Source: Fistulifera solaris (taxonomy: Eukaryota). Taken from it: a stretch of DNA of 64,000 nucleotides. The stretch covers positions 62,001-126,000 of the forward strand of contig AP026147.1 of assembly GCA_030295235.1 (NCBI GenBank), given 5' to 3'. Of the stretch, positions 49,403-62,341 are shown one piece after another. Position 1 is the stretch's first letter, and every line of letters begins with the position of its first letter. The notes under the pieces were generated by a model. That model ran no database searches. It was not told where the DNA came from and was given only the letters and a program-made list of their open reading frames with translations. A program made the position numbers and the translations under genes.

Positions 49403-52062
49403 TTAGAAGCCTACAGGATATACATTTGTGGATAGGTGCAAGTTTTGTGCCAGACACGTTACTGTGATCAAATTCTCGTACTGTCTTTTACTTTGAAGCA
49501 CTCCTCTGCCGGACGGAGGTGGCATTTGCGATGAACTCGTTCCACCTTGTGTTCCGTGGAGTGATGAGGGCAAAGTTATCTGTCCGCGTTCGCCAGTGAC
49601 GACCGCCGCAGAGTTCGATGAGGGGCCCTGAAAAGAAGCAGATCGCAGAAATGGCTGAGCTGCGAAACCATTGTTGCCATTAATGTCCTGCTCTCGTGTG
49701 ACGCCCAACGCTCGCGTCTCTTCTGGAAAAGATGGTGCAGTGGCAACGTTCTGCGCGGCGGTGGTTCCGCCTGTGCTTGAAATCTCTGTAGCAGACTGTG
49801 CCTTGGCGTCCACATACGATGATAATGCCAGGTAGTGTGTTATCCGCGAGTCCGTGCTCAATGGAAATAACAATACAAAATGCCGAAACAATTCGCCGCT
49901 CTTTCTGCTGTTGATGAGATAAGCTGCGGTCGGTCGCTTGTAACGAATTTCGTCCATCATGTCACGCAACTGGTTTGTGCTTGAATCAGAGTTTTGAAGA
50001 ATTGAACAAGACTTCTTGCCGACTACTTCTTCCGCACTGTACCCGGTCATTTCTTCCCACTTCTGGTTCACCTGCATAATGGTGTAAGGGGGCTCAGCCA
50101 AAGTCATCACCATCGGCTTGTCGAAAGCACGTTGACATGTTTGAACTGTATTTGGAATCACTGAAAAACCATCCGAGCCGGCAGCCTGCTTCAACTGGAG
50201 CATGAACGCCATGACATCGAACATAAGCTCGAAGCCAGTAATTTTGTGTGCGTTATTGAATTTGCAGCACAACATTCCTTGCTTGGCGACCTCTGTTCGA
50301 GCCCCATATTGAACGGCATTAGTCGTTGACATCACCCACCTCGCCATCATCTGGTTTCCAGCAACGACGGCTTCTTCTGTCACCAGCGTGTACCGAAACG
50401 AAATTTTCGCTGTTGGAAATCTTCTCCTATCGACAAGAGACGTAAACAAAACGTGGAGCGATGCAGTATCTGCCATGATTGCATCAATTCCTAATATTGT
50501 TCTTTGGCATCGTGAAACCTGCACCTCACTAGCGGGAAAGGAACGATAGGGCGTAACTGGCATGACACAGGCAAAGCAGCTTTCATCAAGAATACTTTCC
50601 CATAACGACCTCCGCTTTTCATTTGTAGATCGCAGGGAGAAGAACGACATCAAAACTTCGGTTCTCGTGTTGTGCATCTCTACGAGAAGATTCGCTGCAC
50701 CAGTTCGTTCCGACATGAGCGTATCTCTTTCGCGACAAAGATCATCGACAGTTGTTTGCAATTTCTCAAGATAGGCTTTCTTTCGTCGCCGTGTGTTTCG
50801 GGCGTGTTCCCTATTTCGATCGCGGTTCGTCTTTGCTTTGTCTCCGACAGAATCGTCTTGTCCATCACTTAGATCTCCAGTGTCGTCAAGAATATTTTCA
50901 AGCTTCAAGGAAACTTTCTTTCTTGAAAGTTCCCCATCGGTGTCACTTGCAGAAACAATTCCAGAGGCAACAATGCCGGTAGGCACGGCGGTCGAAATGC
51001 TCGAATGAGTCGGCGACTGTATACTCTTAACCGTCTTTTGCTTCTTCTGGGGAGGTTGCGACTTCATTTTACCTTGTGGTACTGCTGGTGGTCTTGTTGC
51101 CTTTGGAGCAGGACCTGCAGCAATAGTCACTTGAGGTATCGAGCGCGGCTGTTGATGAACCTGCTTCTCTTGGATGTTGATAAGCTGCTGCAATTGTTGT
51201 TGAACTTGCTGTTGCTGTTGTTGCTGCGACTGAGTACCCTGCTGATGTTGAGATTGCATCTGCAGTTGCGGTTGCTGCTGTGCTGCTTGCATTGACTGCA
51301 TTTGAGCAAACTGTAACTGCTGCAAAAAAAGCACTGGGATCGGTAGTGTACATGAGCGGCATTTGCTGAGCCTGCTGCTGACTAGATTGCATCAACAAGC
51401 TCGACAGCATGTTTGCTTGTTGTTGCTGTTGCTGTTGCTGGCTTGCTTGGGAATCTGTAGATTGCTGCTGCTTCTGTTGTTGTGACTGTGACTGTTGCAT
51501 AGCCAGCGGCTGATTTGAATGCAGGGGCATTTGGTTTGACGATTGCGGAATCAATCCTCCAGCTTGAGCTTGCTGTGCAAGTAACTGAGCAAAATTTGCA
51601 GCTAGTAGATTGTGAGTGCTTTGGTTTCCTATTTGAGACACTTGCTCCTGTCGGCAATTGTTCGCACTACGCTGCGACGTCCCAGCATTAGCGGAAATCG
51701 ACGATGAATTTGTATTGAGCTCTCTCTGCGAAAAATTCGATATCGGAGTTGGGAGTGGTAATTGAAGGGTCAGGTTGGCGTCCTGATTGCTGGACCTAAC
51801 ATTACCGTCGCCGTTGGATGACTGAAAGTTAGAACCAACAAAGAACTGGACCGTGTCTGGCGGAGCCGACCCCGACGTTGAACTTCCGAAATCTCGGTCG
51901 CGAAGGGCTGCGGACATAGCAGCGACATTTCCATTTACCGCATCATTGCCCTGTTCATCATCGTCCCACGACAGAATGCTACCAAGTGCACCGATATCAT
52001 CATCGTTGTCCTGCGCAAAAGTTAATGAAGAGTCAGCAAATTCATAAGATAAATACTCCATG
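49403..52062 (-). CDS. bZIP-PAS transcription factor with Gln-rich N-terminus; frameshift at the run 51324-51330; start uncertain
   Basis: bZIP NRDRNREHARNTRRRKKAYLEKL...L. C-terminal PAS EPPYTIMQVNQKWEEMTGYSAEEVVGKKSCSILQ...LINSRKSGELF. PolyQ tracts span ORFs 51069..52499 and 49403..51334. Confidence 0.88.
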
Positions 52063-53233
52063 ATAACGAAAAAGCGATGATTCCAGATTGATGTAGATTG
52101 TTTTGATAGTAGATGGAAAAGCTGCAAATGTTGCAAACTCATCATGTTGTTGCGAAGAAGGGCAAGGATTCCCGTTCGCGCATAGCAGCTGCTCGGACAA
52201 ACTGTTGACACTTTGGGCCCAATTGTAGTATCAAACAAAGTGTGCCCAACACGAACTCCCAGCTGCAACTCGTCAGAACGCCTGCCAGTTTTGCAAAATA
52301 CACAGTATTCCGCCTTGCAATAACCCGTACCACGTTCTGGTAGTAACGGACGGAACATGACCGTGTCGTCTCGCTGCAATTGTACACACACGGGTACCAA
52401 TCCGATTTCCGGTTTCTGCGGTGAAATCGATGTGAAGCGCCACGGAGTGCACCATGGGACGAAAGACGGCTCTTCTTGCATTCTCAACGTGGAATTCATT
52501 TTGTTTTAAACACTCCTCATTCAACTGTTACATAATGACGACAAACAGGAGATAATTTGCCATTTTTCACGGAAGACGAAATTGAAATTTCCCAAAACAA
52601 GTTGACCGCGCTCGCGCCATCATCATGGGACTTACATCGTCGAGATCGTTGCTATCCGCTAAGCTGTTATAAAGGTGATGTGCCATTGTTTAATCAATGT
52701 TTATTGTTGGTGATAATAGATTGTTTTTGACTCTCGGTTTGTATTCGGGGGTAATTGCATTACTTCGTTGCGTTGTAAGTCGAAGCCGAAAACGCGCTTG
52801 ACAAGAGTGTCTGCTGTCCATCTGTTCACGTGATAGAATTTGCCGGATGGCAGCAGCCCGCTATTAGTCCTCCAACATTTTGGATCACAGTCAAGAGAGG
52901 TTCCAAAACACAAGCATCTGCGCTACTGTCCCTTAGATAGTACAAGGCATAGTGGAAAAGACATGTCACCGTACTTTTCGTAGTACAGTAACCGTGTCGG
53001 TGGAATGTAGAATTCTCATATGTAGAAAGTGTACATAAAATTCAACTACTTGTCGTACAGGTTCCACAAAGTTAATCACGTACTTACGTCGCCCGTGCCT
53101 TGCGTTGCGGACTGCGGACTGACTTTGTTTTGTTGCGTTATTTATCACGCCAACAACAGAATATAATCAATGGAACCATAAAGGCAAAATAGAGTTAACC
53201 TTTTAACGAAAAGTAAAATTCACATGGTTCACG

Positions 53234-56200
53234 ATGGCTTCGTCAGCTGTTAATTCCTCGCTGGATTTTGAGGCGCTCTTATCGAGAGACTACCGCCCCG
53301 CACGGGTGACAGAGCTGAATCCTCGCGATCTGTACCGCCCATCGAGTGTGAAGTCGCATTGCAATAAAGCGTCGACAGCTGCCTTGACCGCTGACATCCA
53401 CGAGGACAGCAAGAAGGCACAAGAAGACGAAGCTTCTCGAATTGTTCTTTCTCTTGTGACGCAAACGCGTGCTTTCACTCGACATCTTGGCATAGAGCCT
53501 GGATCCAATCCTCCGTCGAAAATAATTTCTAATTTCCTTACAAGTCAACGGCATGTTAGGAAAAACTTTTCGAGACTGGATAAAATAGACCCTTTATTTC
53601 ATGAAATTGAGCTTGGAGAATGGGAAAATCAGATTAATTGGGAGGGGCTTTCTGCTGTTCCGAGCGCGGATGGAGATTGTTCGCCGAAAGCCAGCTCATT
53701 TCTGGGACGACGGCGTAATCCCTATCTTGAAAATTTAGAACTGAACGAAACAACCGTGTGTTGGGACGGTGATAGAGAAAAGCTGCTTGCAAAAGCCAAG
53801 GAGGCACCGCTGATCTTGGAGCTTGGGGTAGCAGGACTGTCCGTGGCGAAGCATGTGTATCAACATACCGTGTTATCTGCTCAGCGTCCTGTTCCGGCAC
53901 TCAAATCCGATGAGTATCAGGATCGTCTCGACAGAGAAATGAATGGTCCGATTACTTCAACAGCCGAACTGTCAAAGTCGTTGCATACAGACAAAGAAAA
54001 AATGGAAGCTCTCATCGAAGCGAGACAGAGGAAACGAGCTCAGATGGCCAAAGACAAAACCAGTCGCGTCACAGAAGCCATGGGAACACTTGCGTTGGGT
54101 GGCGGTCGTGGCCGTACAATCACGTCCTCCTTGATGGGCCCCGGTGGAACCGAGCGTACCGGTAGGCCAACGAGAGCGGCGAATTCTTCGGCGGCTCACG
54201 AACGAGAATACGTTGAACAGCTTGATTTGGTAAACAGCCACACGCTTGTGAGAGACCTTTCTACGGTGATGCAGCGACAGTACCATCGACCCAAGTTGCC
54301 TCTCAGCGTCTCAAGACAAGACTTGTCCTGGCAGTTTCAAATTCGCTACTGCGCGAAGACATCGGCGAACAGTGGCAAAGAAGGAGCAGCAAGCTCATCG
54401 GCGTCATACACAATGATGATGGGAAGTACACCAGGGGCGCTTTCAAAAGTCAAGATCCGTACCGAGGCTGATCTGAGTCCCACTGAGGGTAATCTTGTTC
54501 TTGTAGAATATACGGAAGAACGTCCACCAATACAACTAACGAAAGGAATGGCATTCAAAATTGTAAACTACTATCGTGGAGACAAGGCCCATTGTCCTGT
54601 GTCCGCTGGTGGTGGCGATCGACCTGCTAGACGAAAAACACAGACAGAAAGCCGAAGTACCTTCCGTGGAGGTGGATCTACGTTACCTAAGCGATTAGAA
54701 ACAGCTGATAAAGAGACAGATATTCAGGAGTGGGTCGGTAAAATTCCAAAGCGATCGCACAAGGAGCACGTCGAAAAAGAGATATTTGATGTATTGCCCG
54801 AGGGTGTTACTGAAATACTTCATCCAAAGGTGCATGGTCCTTTTATTGGAGAAATCGAAGATGGGACGACCTTGACGGGAATTGTGAGCAACTTGTTCGT
54901 TGCTCCAATGGGTTGGCATGAACCAGAGTCTACCGATTTTCTGCTAATTTTGACTCCAGGCTCAGGTGCTTTGAAGGCTGGTCAACGAGAGAGTTTGGGC
55001 GTTGTTTTGCGCGATTTACCCGCGTCGTGCTTCACTGTGGGTCAAATCCTCCCCCGCGCGAAAGTGTATGCCCCAAATACACAAGGAGAAAAAAGCCTTC
55101 ACTGGACCGTACATTTCATATTTGTGTGCTCGGGTAATCGCACGTTCCCAGGCACGGGAAGGGCGCGGCTTGACTCTTAATGAAATTCAGGAGCGAGTTC
55201 TGCCTTACCTCGATTTGCCTTCTAATGCTCTGCGACAAAGATTAAAACAAGTTGCCGTTTCTGACAATAGTACATGGACACTGAAGCAGATCGGTTTCGA
55301 GGACTTTCCAGGGCTGGATTCTCTAGGGAAGACCATCTCACCAGAGGGTATAGCAGCTTTTGAAACTGCTCTAGCAGCCAGTCAGCGGCTCGCTGATCTG
55401 GGTATTCAACACCTAGTTGAAAGGGGATCGCATACTGTTGTTAGTGTCGGCGTTGCCATGGTTTATCTTGCTGGCCATCTACATGCGACCAAAGATCTAG
55501 CGAGAAAGATGAAGAAGCTTTCTGAAATCAGCAAAACGAATAAGAGCATCCAGGGTATCCAGGCGAAATTTTACGAGAAAGCAGCGAACGAGCTTGACAA
55601 TTATTACAAAACGCTTCGCCAAAAATACGAGGTAGCTCAATTTATTTTCGAGGAGCTGCAGCTGGCTCCGTGGCATCTGACCGTTGAATTTATCGATGTT
55701 CACAAGAAAGGGGAAGGAACTGGTATGATGAAACTAACTGGTTTAGGAGACCCCAGTGGAATGGGTGAGGGCTTTAGTTTTCTCCGTGAAGCGGACTCCA
55801 AACCAAGCAAGTCTGTAGGTAACGCAGCCTTGAACTCACAGATTAAAAAAGATCACCGGAACGGAAAATGATTTACGAAAGCTTACAATGAAACAGATGG
55901 CTGCCCTGTTAAGGTCTTATGGCATGCCACAAAAGAAAATTGATACTTTGAAGCGATGGGATCGCGTGCATGTTATTCGAGATCTGTCAACAAAAGCTGC
56001 AAGCGATGGAGTGGGAGATGGACTTGAACGTTTTGCACGTGGTGAAAAGATGAAACTTTCTGAACAGAAACAAATGTATCAGGATCGCGTTCAGGTCATT
56101 TGGAAACGGCAGCTGGCTATGCTTGCAACTGACTCGGGGGAGAGAGGTGCTGCTATCGACACAGGGGCGGCGCCTAGCGAACACGACATTGATGCGCCTG

Positions 56201-57542
56201 CAGGCTCGTCCGCTCCCTCAGAAAGAGCAACTTCCACTAACGACAACGACGACTCTGATGACGATTCTGAAGATGACGATGATCTCGCCGCTGAGCTTGA
56301 AGATGAAATGATGGATAGGTCCGAAACCAACCAGTTGCTCGCAGCACAGACCCGTGGCAACGACGATTCACGAAACTTAGGACAATTGCGTGCTGCAGTT
56401 CAGGATCAAGGTTTGACAAAAGATGCCCGGGAATTAGCAGCTCTAAAACGTCAGCGTGAAGAGGAACGCGCGGCCGGAGATGGTATGCAAGCTCGGCCTA
56501 GCAATGATGCAACGGGAGGAACCCTTGGGATCGGTCGTAAAGTTATTCGTAAGAAGATTACAAAGACTTACCCGGACGGGAAGCAAACCGTCACCTTCAA
56601 ATTTGTGCTGCACCCCGAGGAGGTCGGAAAGATCATGGCGAGGCTTCAACAAAAGTCGGAAGACGTAAGAAGACATCATAGAGAGTTCAGATATGAGTAT
56701 GGCGTTGACGAGAAACCTCCAGGTCATGCGATGTTCGAAGATGACGACGATTTTGAATATTCGTCCAGAGGACGATTGCCTGGTGGTCTTCGTAGTCGTA
56801 AGGGACGGAGAGGCGCTTCTGGGCGAGGAACACCCAGGTCTCTTCAAACGGGTAAATTGAAAAGACGATTTCTTTGGAAGAAAGAATGCGGAAAAGAAAA
56901 CGCGAAGAAGATGAACTGGACGCTTATGTTGCGACGTCCAAACGAAAAGGGACAAACAATCGGAGAGAGCGTGGATCTATCCGCGATCGAGCCCCTCACG
57001 TCATTTATGCCGAGAAACTCGAAGCCATTCGTGCCGCTGTGGAGGCACGCCCCTACGCAGGTCCCTTTCAAAAGCCCGTCAACCGGCGACTCATTCCTAC
57101 GTACTACGAAGTCATTAGTCATCCCATGGATTTATCTACTATTCGCGATCGTATTGGACGGTAAGTTAATGGATTTGTACGTACTTTGCGGCATGATGTT
57201 GGCACTCATAATTTGTTGGTGTGTTATAGTTACGAGTATAAGTCAATCGATCGATTTGTGCGCGACTTCGAACTGATGAAGAATAATGCCATCAAGTTCA
57301 ATGGGGAGACCAATACGATATCACAGGAAGCCATAGCAATATATGAGTTTGTTAAAGACACAATCGATGCGCAACGAAACGAACTAGAAGACCTAGAAGC
57401 AGCAGTGGAAGACCAGATGACTTCTAAGCCCAAAAAGAAAAGGAAAAAGAACACCGGATTTAGAACGTTCTCGTCTCGTGATATCGATATTGATGATTTT
57501 GACGAAGAAGGACTGGACGACTCTGACTCTGACAACTATTAG
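53234..57542 (+). CDS. TAF1: TFIID subunit TAF1 (about 1412 aa) with one C-terminal bromodomain; intron 57161-57229; homopolymer indels near 55090, 55848 and 56862
   Basis: DUF3591-type motifs LVEYTEERP..GMAFKIVNYYR, GPFIGEI, NLFVAP..H...TDFLLI, ELQLAPWHLT, LTGLGDPSGMGEGFSFLR and ITGTENDLRKL...RWDRVHVIR. Bromodomain PFQKPVN...YYEVISHPMDLSTI...NAIKFNG. Confidence 0.93.
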
Positions 57543-58146
57543 GTCGATGGGCGTCTTAGTTTCATTTCAATATTGAGTTGGACCTTGGCGATGCTTTCCG
57601 GCTAGCTCTAGTTTGTTCAACACGCAAATGAGGATTACGGGTTTGAGGGACATTGCGACCACCATCATGCGAATAGGATTGATGGCGGCGCTAATTAAAT
57701 AATTGAACGGTCAATCTTCAAACCAGTTTTGTATTCCAGGCTATGGTGAGAATGGAGCAATTTAATTTGTCCTTTACCGGTATAGTTAGCTAGTAGTTAG
57801 TTCCTTGCTAGATCAACAGCAACAAGCCTTAATGAGTTGAGTGTGACAAATTGTGGAGATAGGGATAAGTGTCAAGGACCTTGCAGCGTCATTTCGCTTC
57901 GATGTCGTAGTGGTCTATCTAGCATATACTGAGCATACCCGCTCCGACAAGGGTTTTGCGAACCGATCGGCGTCATCAAGGCCGTCAAGCCGTTGCACGC
58001 TTCACGCGGCCACTTTTTTCTCTTTTTGACATCTTCGTTCCGTCATTATCTTCGAGAAGCTTTGATTCCAAAAGGAGAAACACAGAAATTTCTCCATCGC
58101 TTGACTTTTACCGCCTTTTTGATTTGCAGCGGTCAAAACTGAAAGA

Positions 58147-59320
58147 ATGGCTCCAGACGACAAGAAGAAACACCCACTCCAGCATTTGCTCGCCGGGGGT
58201 GCCGCCGGCTTGGTCGAGTCATCGGTTTGTCACCCATTGGACACCATTAAGACGCGGATGCAACTCCGACGACAAAGTGCGACCGTCGAAAAAGTCGTGG
58301 TAAAGATGAGAGATTCCATGATGGAACCGGCGCTTCGTTTGCAGCATTCTCTTCAGGATCCTGTGCTCCGAACGGCCGGTGGTCTCGAACCGGGCATCCG
58401 ATTGAGCGGTCCGACGAAACTGGCACATGTGACCATGCATCCACACACGGTGCAAGCTCCATTAGGTCCTATTGGAACTGCTCGGCGTATTGTGGAACGA
58501 GAAGGTTTCTTTGCGCTTTATAAGGTAAGAAGATAAGCTTGTTGCCGTACTTCATTTCCACTATCTCCGCTCACTTTGTACTATTATAAAGGGATTGACA
58601 GCTGTATGGACCGGTATTATTCCCAAGATGGCCATTCGGTTTGTGTCGTTTGAGCAGTACCGAGAATGGATGGGTCCTCCTGCGAAGCAGTACGGTGTCT
58701 CTTCGGGCATGGTAACCTTTACGGCTGGTCTAGCATCTGGTCTGACGGAGGCGATTCTCGTCGTCACGCCCGCGGAAGTATGTAAGATTCGGATGCAATC
58801 CCAATTTCACTCGATGATGGACCCTTCCCAGCTGCAGAAACGAAAGTACACGAATGTCATGCAGACGGCGTTTCTCATTGTGAAGGAAGAAGGCTTGGGT
58901 GCTCTATACAAAGGTGTTATCCCAACGATGCTACGACAGGGTTGCAATCAGGCTGTTAACTTCACGGCCTACAACTACATAAAGAAGGAAGTCATGGCGC
59001 GACAAGGAACTGATAGTCTCGATTCGTGGCAGTCTCTGCTCATTGGTGGCTTGTCCGGCGGCATGGGCCCCTTGGCGAACAACCCTCTTGATGTGGTGAA
59101 AACACGATTACAGAAGCAAGTGATTACTCCGGGGAAAACGCCCAAATATACAGGACTCGGGCAGGCTTGTTTGAAGATTGGACGCGAGGAAGGAGTTCTT
59201 GCACTCTGGAAGGGCATTACACCGCGTCTTTTGAGAATCATGCCGGGGCAGGCGATCACATTCATGACATACGAGGCTGTGTCTGCCCAAATGACCAAAT
59301 TGGGTTGGTTCAATGTTTAG
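58147..59320 (+). CDS. SFC1: Mitochondrial carrier, succinate/fumarate (SFC1-like); intron 58525-58591
   Basis: Three PxD/ExxKxRxQ signatures (PLDTIKTRMQ, PAEVCKIRMQ, PLDVVKTRLQ). GIIPKMAIRF and RQGCNQAVNFT resemble SFC1 substrate-contact segments. Confidence 0.85.
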
Positions 59321-59714
59321 AGAGACAGGATGCTTGTGTTTACTTGCTTGTCGATTCAGCAAGGAGTTAGACTTTACTTCCTCTCGGTTAGCTTTTGCAA
59401 TATGCGAGATACAGATAGCCGGTAATCTGACTCCGTGACTACGTTTTAGTTTTAGTCCTTGTACGAAAGTTTTGTCAAATCGTGTATAAGCTTTGAATGT
59501 ATTTCGTATTACCTGTAAGACATCTAATTTCGTTTGACACACTATACCGATTACCGATTCCAGTACTGGTACATTCGTCGCCTGTATGTCATCCCTTGAA
59601 CGTAGAACGTTTCATACAGTACAGCGTAATAACAGCGCGACAATGAAAGTCGTTATATTCTCAATCATTTGTTGAGATAGAAAGCTTTTTGTTCGTCGTT
59701 GAAACCATCTTATC

Positions 59715-60162
59715 ATGTCAAGTCGATCCCTTCTTGCGACAGTTATTCGACGCTCCGGCGTAACGCGCCGCTCGTTTCATGTTACGGCGCTTCGGCAAGG
59801 CGGCGGTCACTCGCCTCCTCTGGCGCCTTTTGCGCGTGTTACCCCGCAGTCCGAGTCGGTACGTTTGAAGATCTCTCTACATTAATCTTCCTTTCGATCT
59901 GTTTTTAATTATACTTTTTTCTCCGCAGATGACGGAAAACTTGGATGCTGTTTGGAACGACGGAGTCGCCCCGGAATTGGCACTCGACTTTGACATGCCC
60001 AACACCAGTTCCAAGGAAGCTCTCTTCACATGGATGGGAACGCTCACTGGCTTCTTCGTGCTTTACCAAGGTATTTCCTTGGCGACCGATGGGGCTAAAG
60101 ACAACAATCCGGCCCTTTCGCATGCTACAGATGTAGTTGTTCCGGATTACTCGAAGCTTTAA
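59715..60162 (+). CDS. Mitochondrial complex I accessory subunit, NDUFB8-like; intron 59859-59928
   Basis: Exon 1 is an Arg/Ser-rich mitochondrial presequence (MSSRSLLATVIRRSGVTRRSFH). Exon 2 has WNDGVAPELALD...EALFTW plus one TM helix, recalling the plant NDUFB8 WDNG..PE..ID motif. Confidence 0.65.
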
Positions 60163-60900
60163 TTTTCCAGCTTGTCTTCAACACACGCCTATAATGATAA
60201 GACCTAACTTGTGCACCTTCCATTTTAGCATGCAACCTGTATTCGTCTTCTGTTTATGATTGTGAAAGAAGCTGCGCGAGACATATACCCAGACCGTTGT
60301 CGGTCGACAATAAACAAGGCGCGTAGATGAGAGCCTTAGTTCTATAAGCGATCTAGTCTATTTCATCAACCATAAGCGCGTGTTGATTAATCTCCACGTG
60401 ATTTTCGTTCATAGGTAGTAACTTCAGAGCAGACATGATCGCTAATAATGAAGAACGAGACATGTCGACTCGATTTCTTTTCGTGAATATCAGGTAAAGG
60501 GCTACATGGTACGGCAGAAACAATTTTTGATGAAACTCTTTTACATTCTTTAGAATTTAAGCTATCAATCAAAGATTAAATGAAAGGAATTGGGAACGTA
60601 CGGAGGACGATGCTTGCTGGCGGGATAACGTATGAAGAAGCCAAAGCAACGAATAACAATAACGAAGAAACTTTGAAACATACCTAGTAGATAACGGAGA
60701 AATAAGTAACGAGATAGTGCAAAGAACAACATGATGTTGAAAAAAGCTGAGCAATCACAAGGTAGCCGACCCTAATCAGCAATCAGTCGCGCAAGGGGCA
60801 TAGACGTTCCATCGAATCGGACCTGACACGGTCGGATGGAATGCCAAGATGACCCTCGCATTTCTAAACGCCGTCATCATCAGGAAAAATATCATCCTCT

Positions 60901-61860
60901 TCAACGCCTGTCATTGACTTTTCGCACTGGGAACTGAAAAGTATGTTCAGCCTGAAGGCTGTGAGAAGAATTCGAGCTTCCGAACTTCAGAGCGACCTGT
61001 CCCGCATTGTCATTTCCAATGAGACCAGAGGCATAAGCGTCGACGTCATCAGCGAGCTCCAAGACGCCGCCGTCCTCATCCTTGTCCTCGTCGATACACA
61101 TCACTTCCTTTGCAACTCCAGCATCAAGACAAACATCGCAGAGCTCCGCAATGCGTCCCAGCCCTACGGTACAAACAAGTACCTCAGATGGCGTCATGCC
61201 AGTGCTCTCGACCGGCTCATTAATCGCAGCCAAACTAAGAGCGGAACTGCAATCGTTGTCCTTCATCCAATCTACCAGCTTGTCAACCTGCCATTTCTGC
61301 AACTGTAAATCCATTCTACCATTTGCAGCAACAGGAAGTTCCGGTATCTGATCAGAAGTGCAATCGCGACGATCGAGAGCCGGTAAGGCACGGGGTGGCT
61401 GCGGATTGTTGGCTACGACACGAGCTCCCTTTGAACCTCTCCGGCTATTCTTTGAAGCAGCATAGTCATCATTCACGACCAATTAGGAACGTTTGCGATA
61501 CCAAAGCCGTAGCCGTAGCCGTAGCATCAACAACTGCTGCAAAGTCAAAATGTGTCAACTGAAGCTGCGGCAGCACCGGAACCGCGACTACGATGACGCC
61601 CAGAGGGTCACGTGAAACAGCGACGCCCTGTAGAACACCACTCACGGCAACCCACTCTTCCCGTGAGATCTTCTCACATTCGTCTATGAGCGCGTCGGTG
61701 ATAGCAAAGTCACCACGACGGACGCTGGAACGATCCTAAACCTGCAATGACTTTATTTCTCGCCGAAATCAAGAACAATCTTCTCCGTTTCATCTACAGA
61801 GAGACTGCTCGCAGGAAGCCGCTGCTTCGATTTCCAGGAGAGCCCGTGAATGATACGAAT
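60901..61860 (-). pseudogene. Probable decayed TALE/KN-type homeobox gene
   Basis: LQKWQVDKLVDWMKDN...ESTGMTPSEV resembles homeodomain helices 1-2, but PYP and the helix-3 WFxN are absent. The upstream sequence has stops and no clean start. Confidence 0.4.
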
Positions 61861-62341
61861 TTAATCTTTCATTTTCATCACTTCATTAGCAATGAACCAA
61901 GGCCGGCATAGCTTCGTGACGAAGCATACACTCTGTGCTTTCTGTCATACTTATTGTTGTTGTTGTTGTTTTGCTGCTTGCTGCGGACGTTCACACTGAC
62001 ACGAATTGAGCTTTTGTATACCTGCAATGCACCGAAACAGACACTGAGGTAAGTAAATGCTACATAAGCAACAAAAAGAAGGCCCGCGAGCTTCAAATGG
62101 ACCCCGAATCAATATCTCCATGGTGACTTACCTCTCAACAGCGCTTTCTGCGAGCGATAACAAAAATATACTGTATCCAAACATTCTGTATCGTATATCT
62201 CGTATCATACATAGAGTGTAGGCACGTAAGTGTCAGTACGAAAGCTACATACGCAAGTCTTGGTACTCAAAATCACGTACAAAATTCTACAGCGTCAATA
62301 CATTTTTCACACAATCTTTGCTTTGAAACGCAAATCACACC

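Noticed and set aside
55085..55855. Programmed ribosomal frameshifting at A runs in TAF1 and other genes
   Set aside because: Shifts go in both directions, occur in A, T and G runs, and share no slippery-site or stop context. Sequencing error explains them better.
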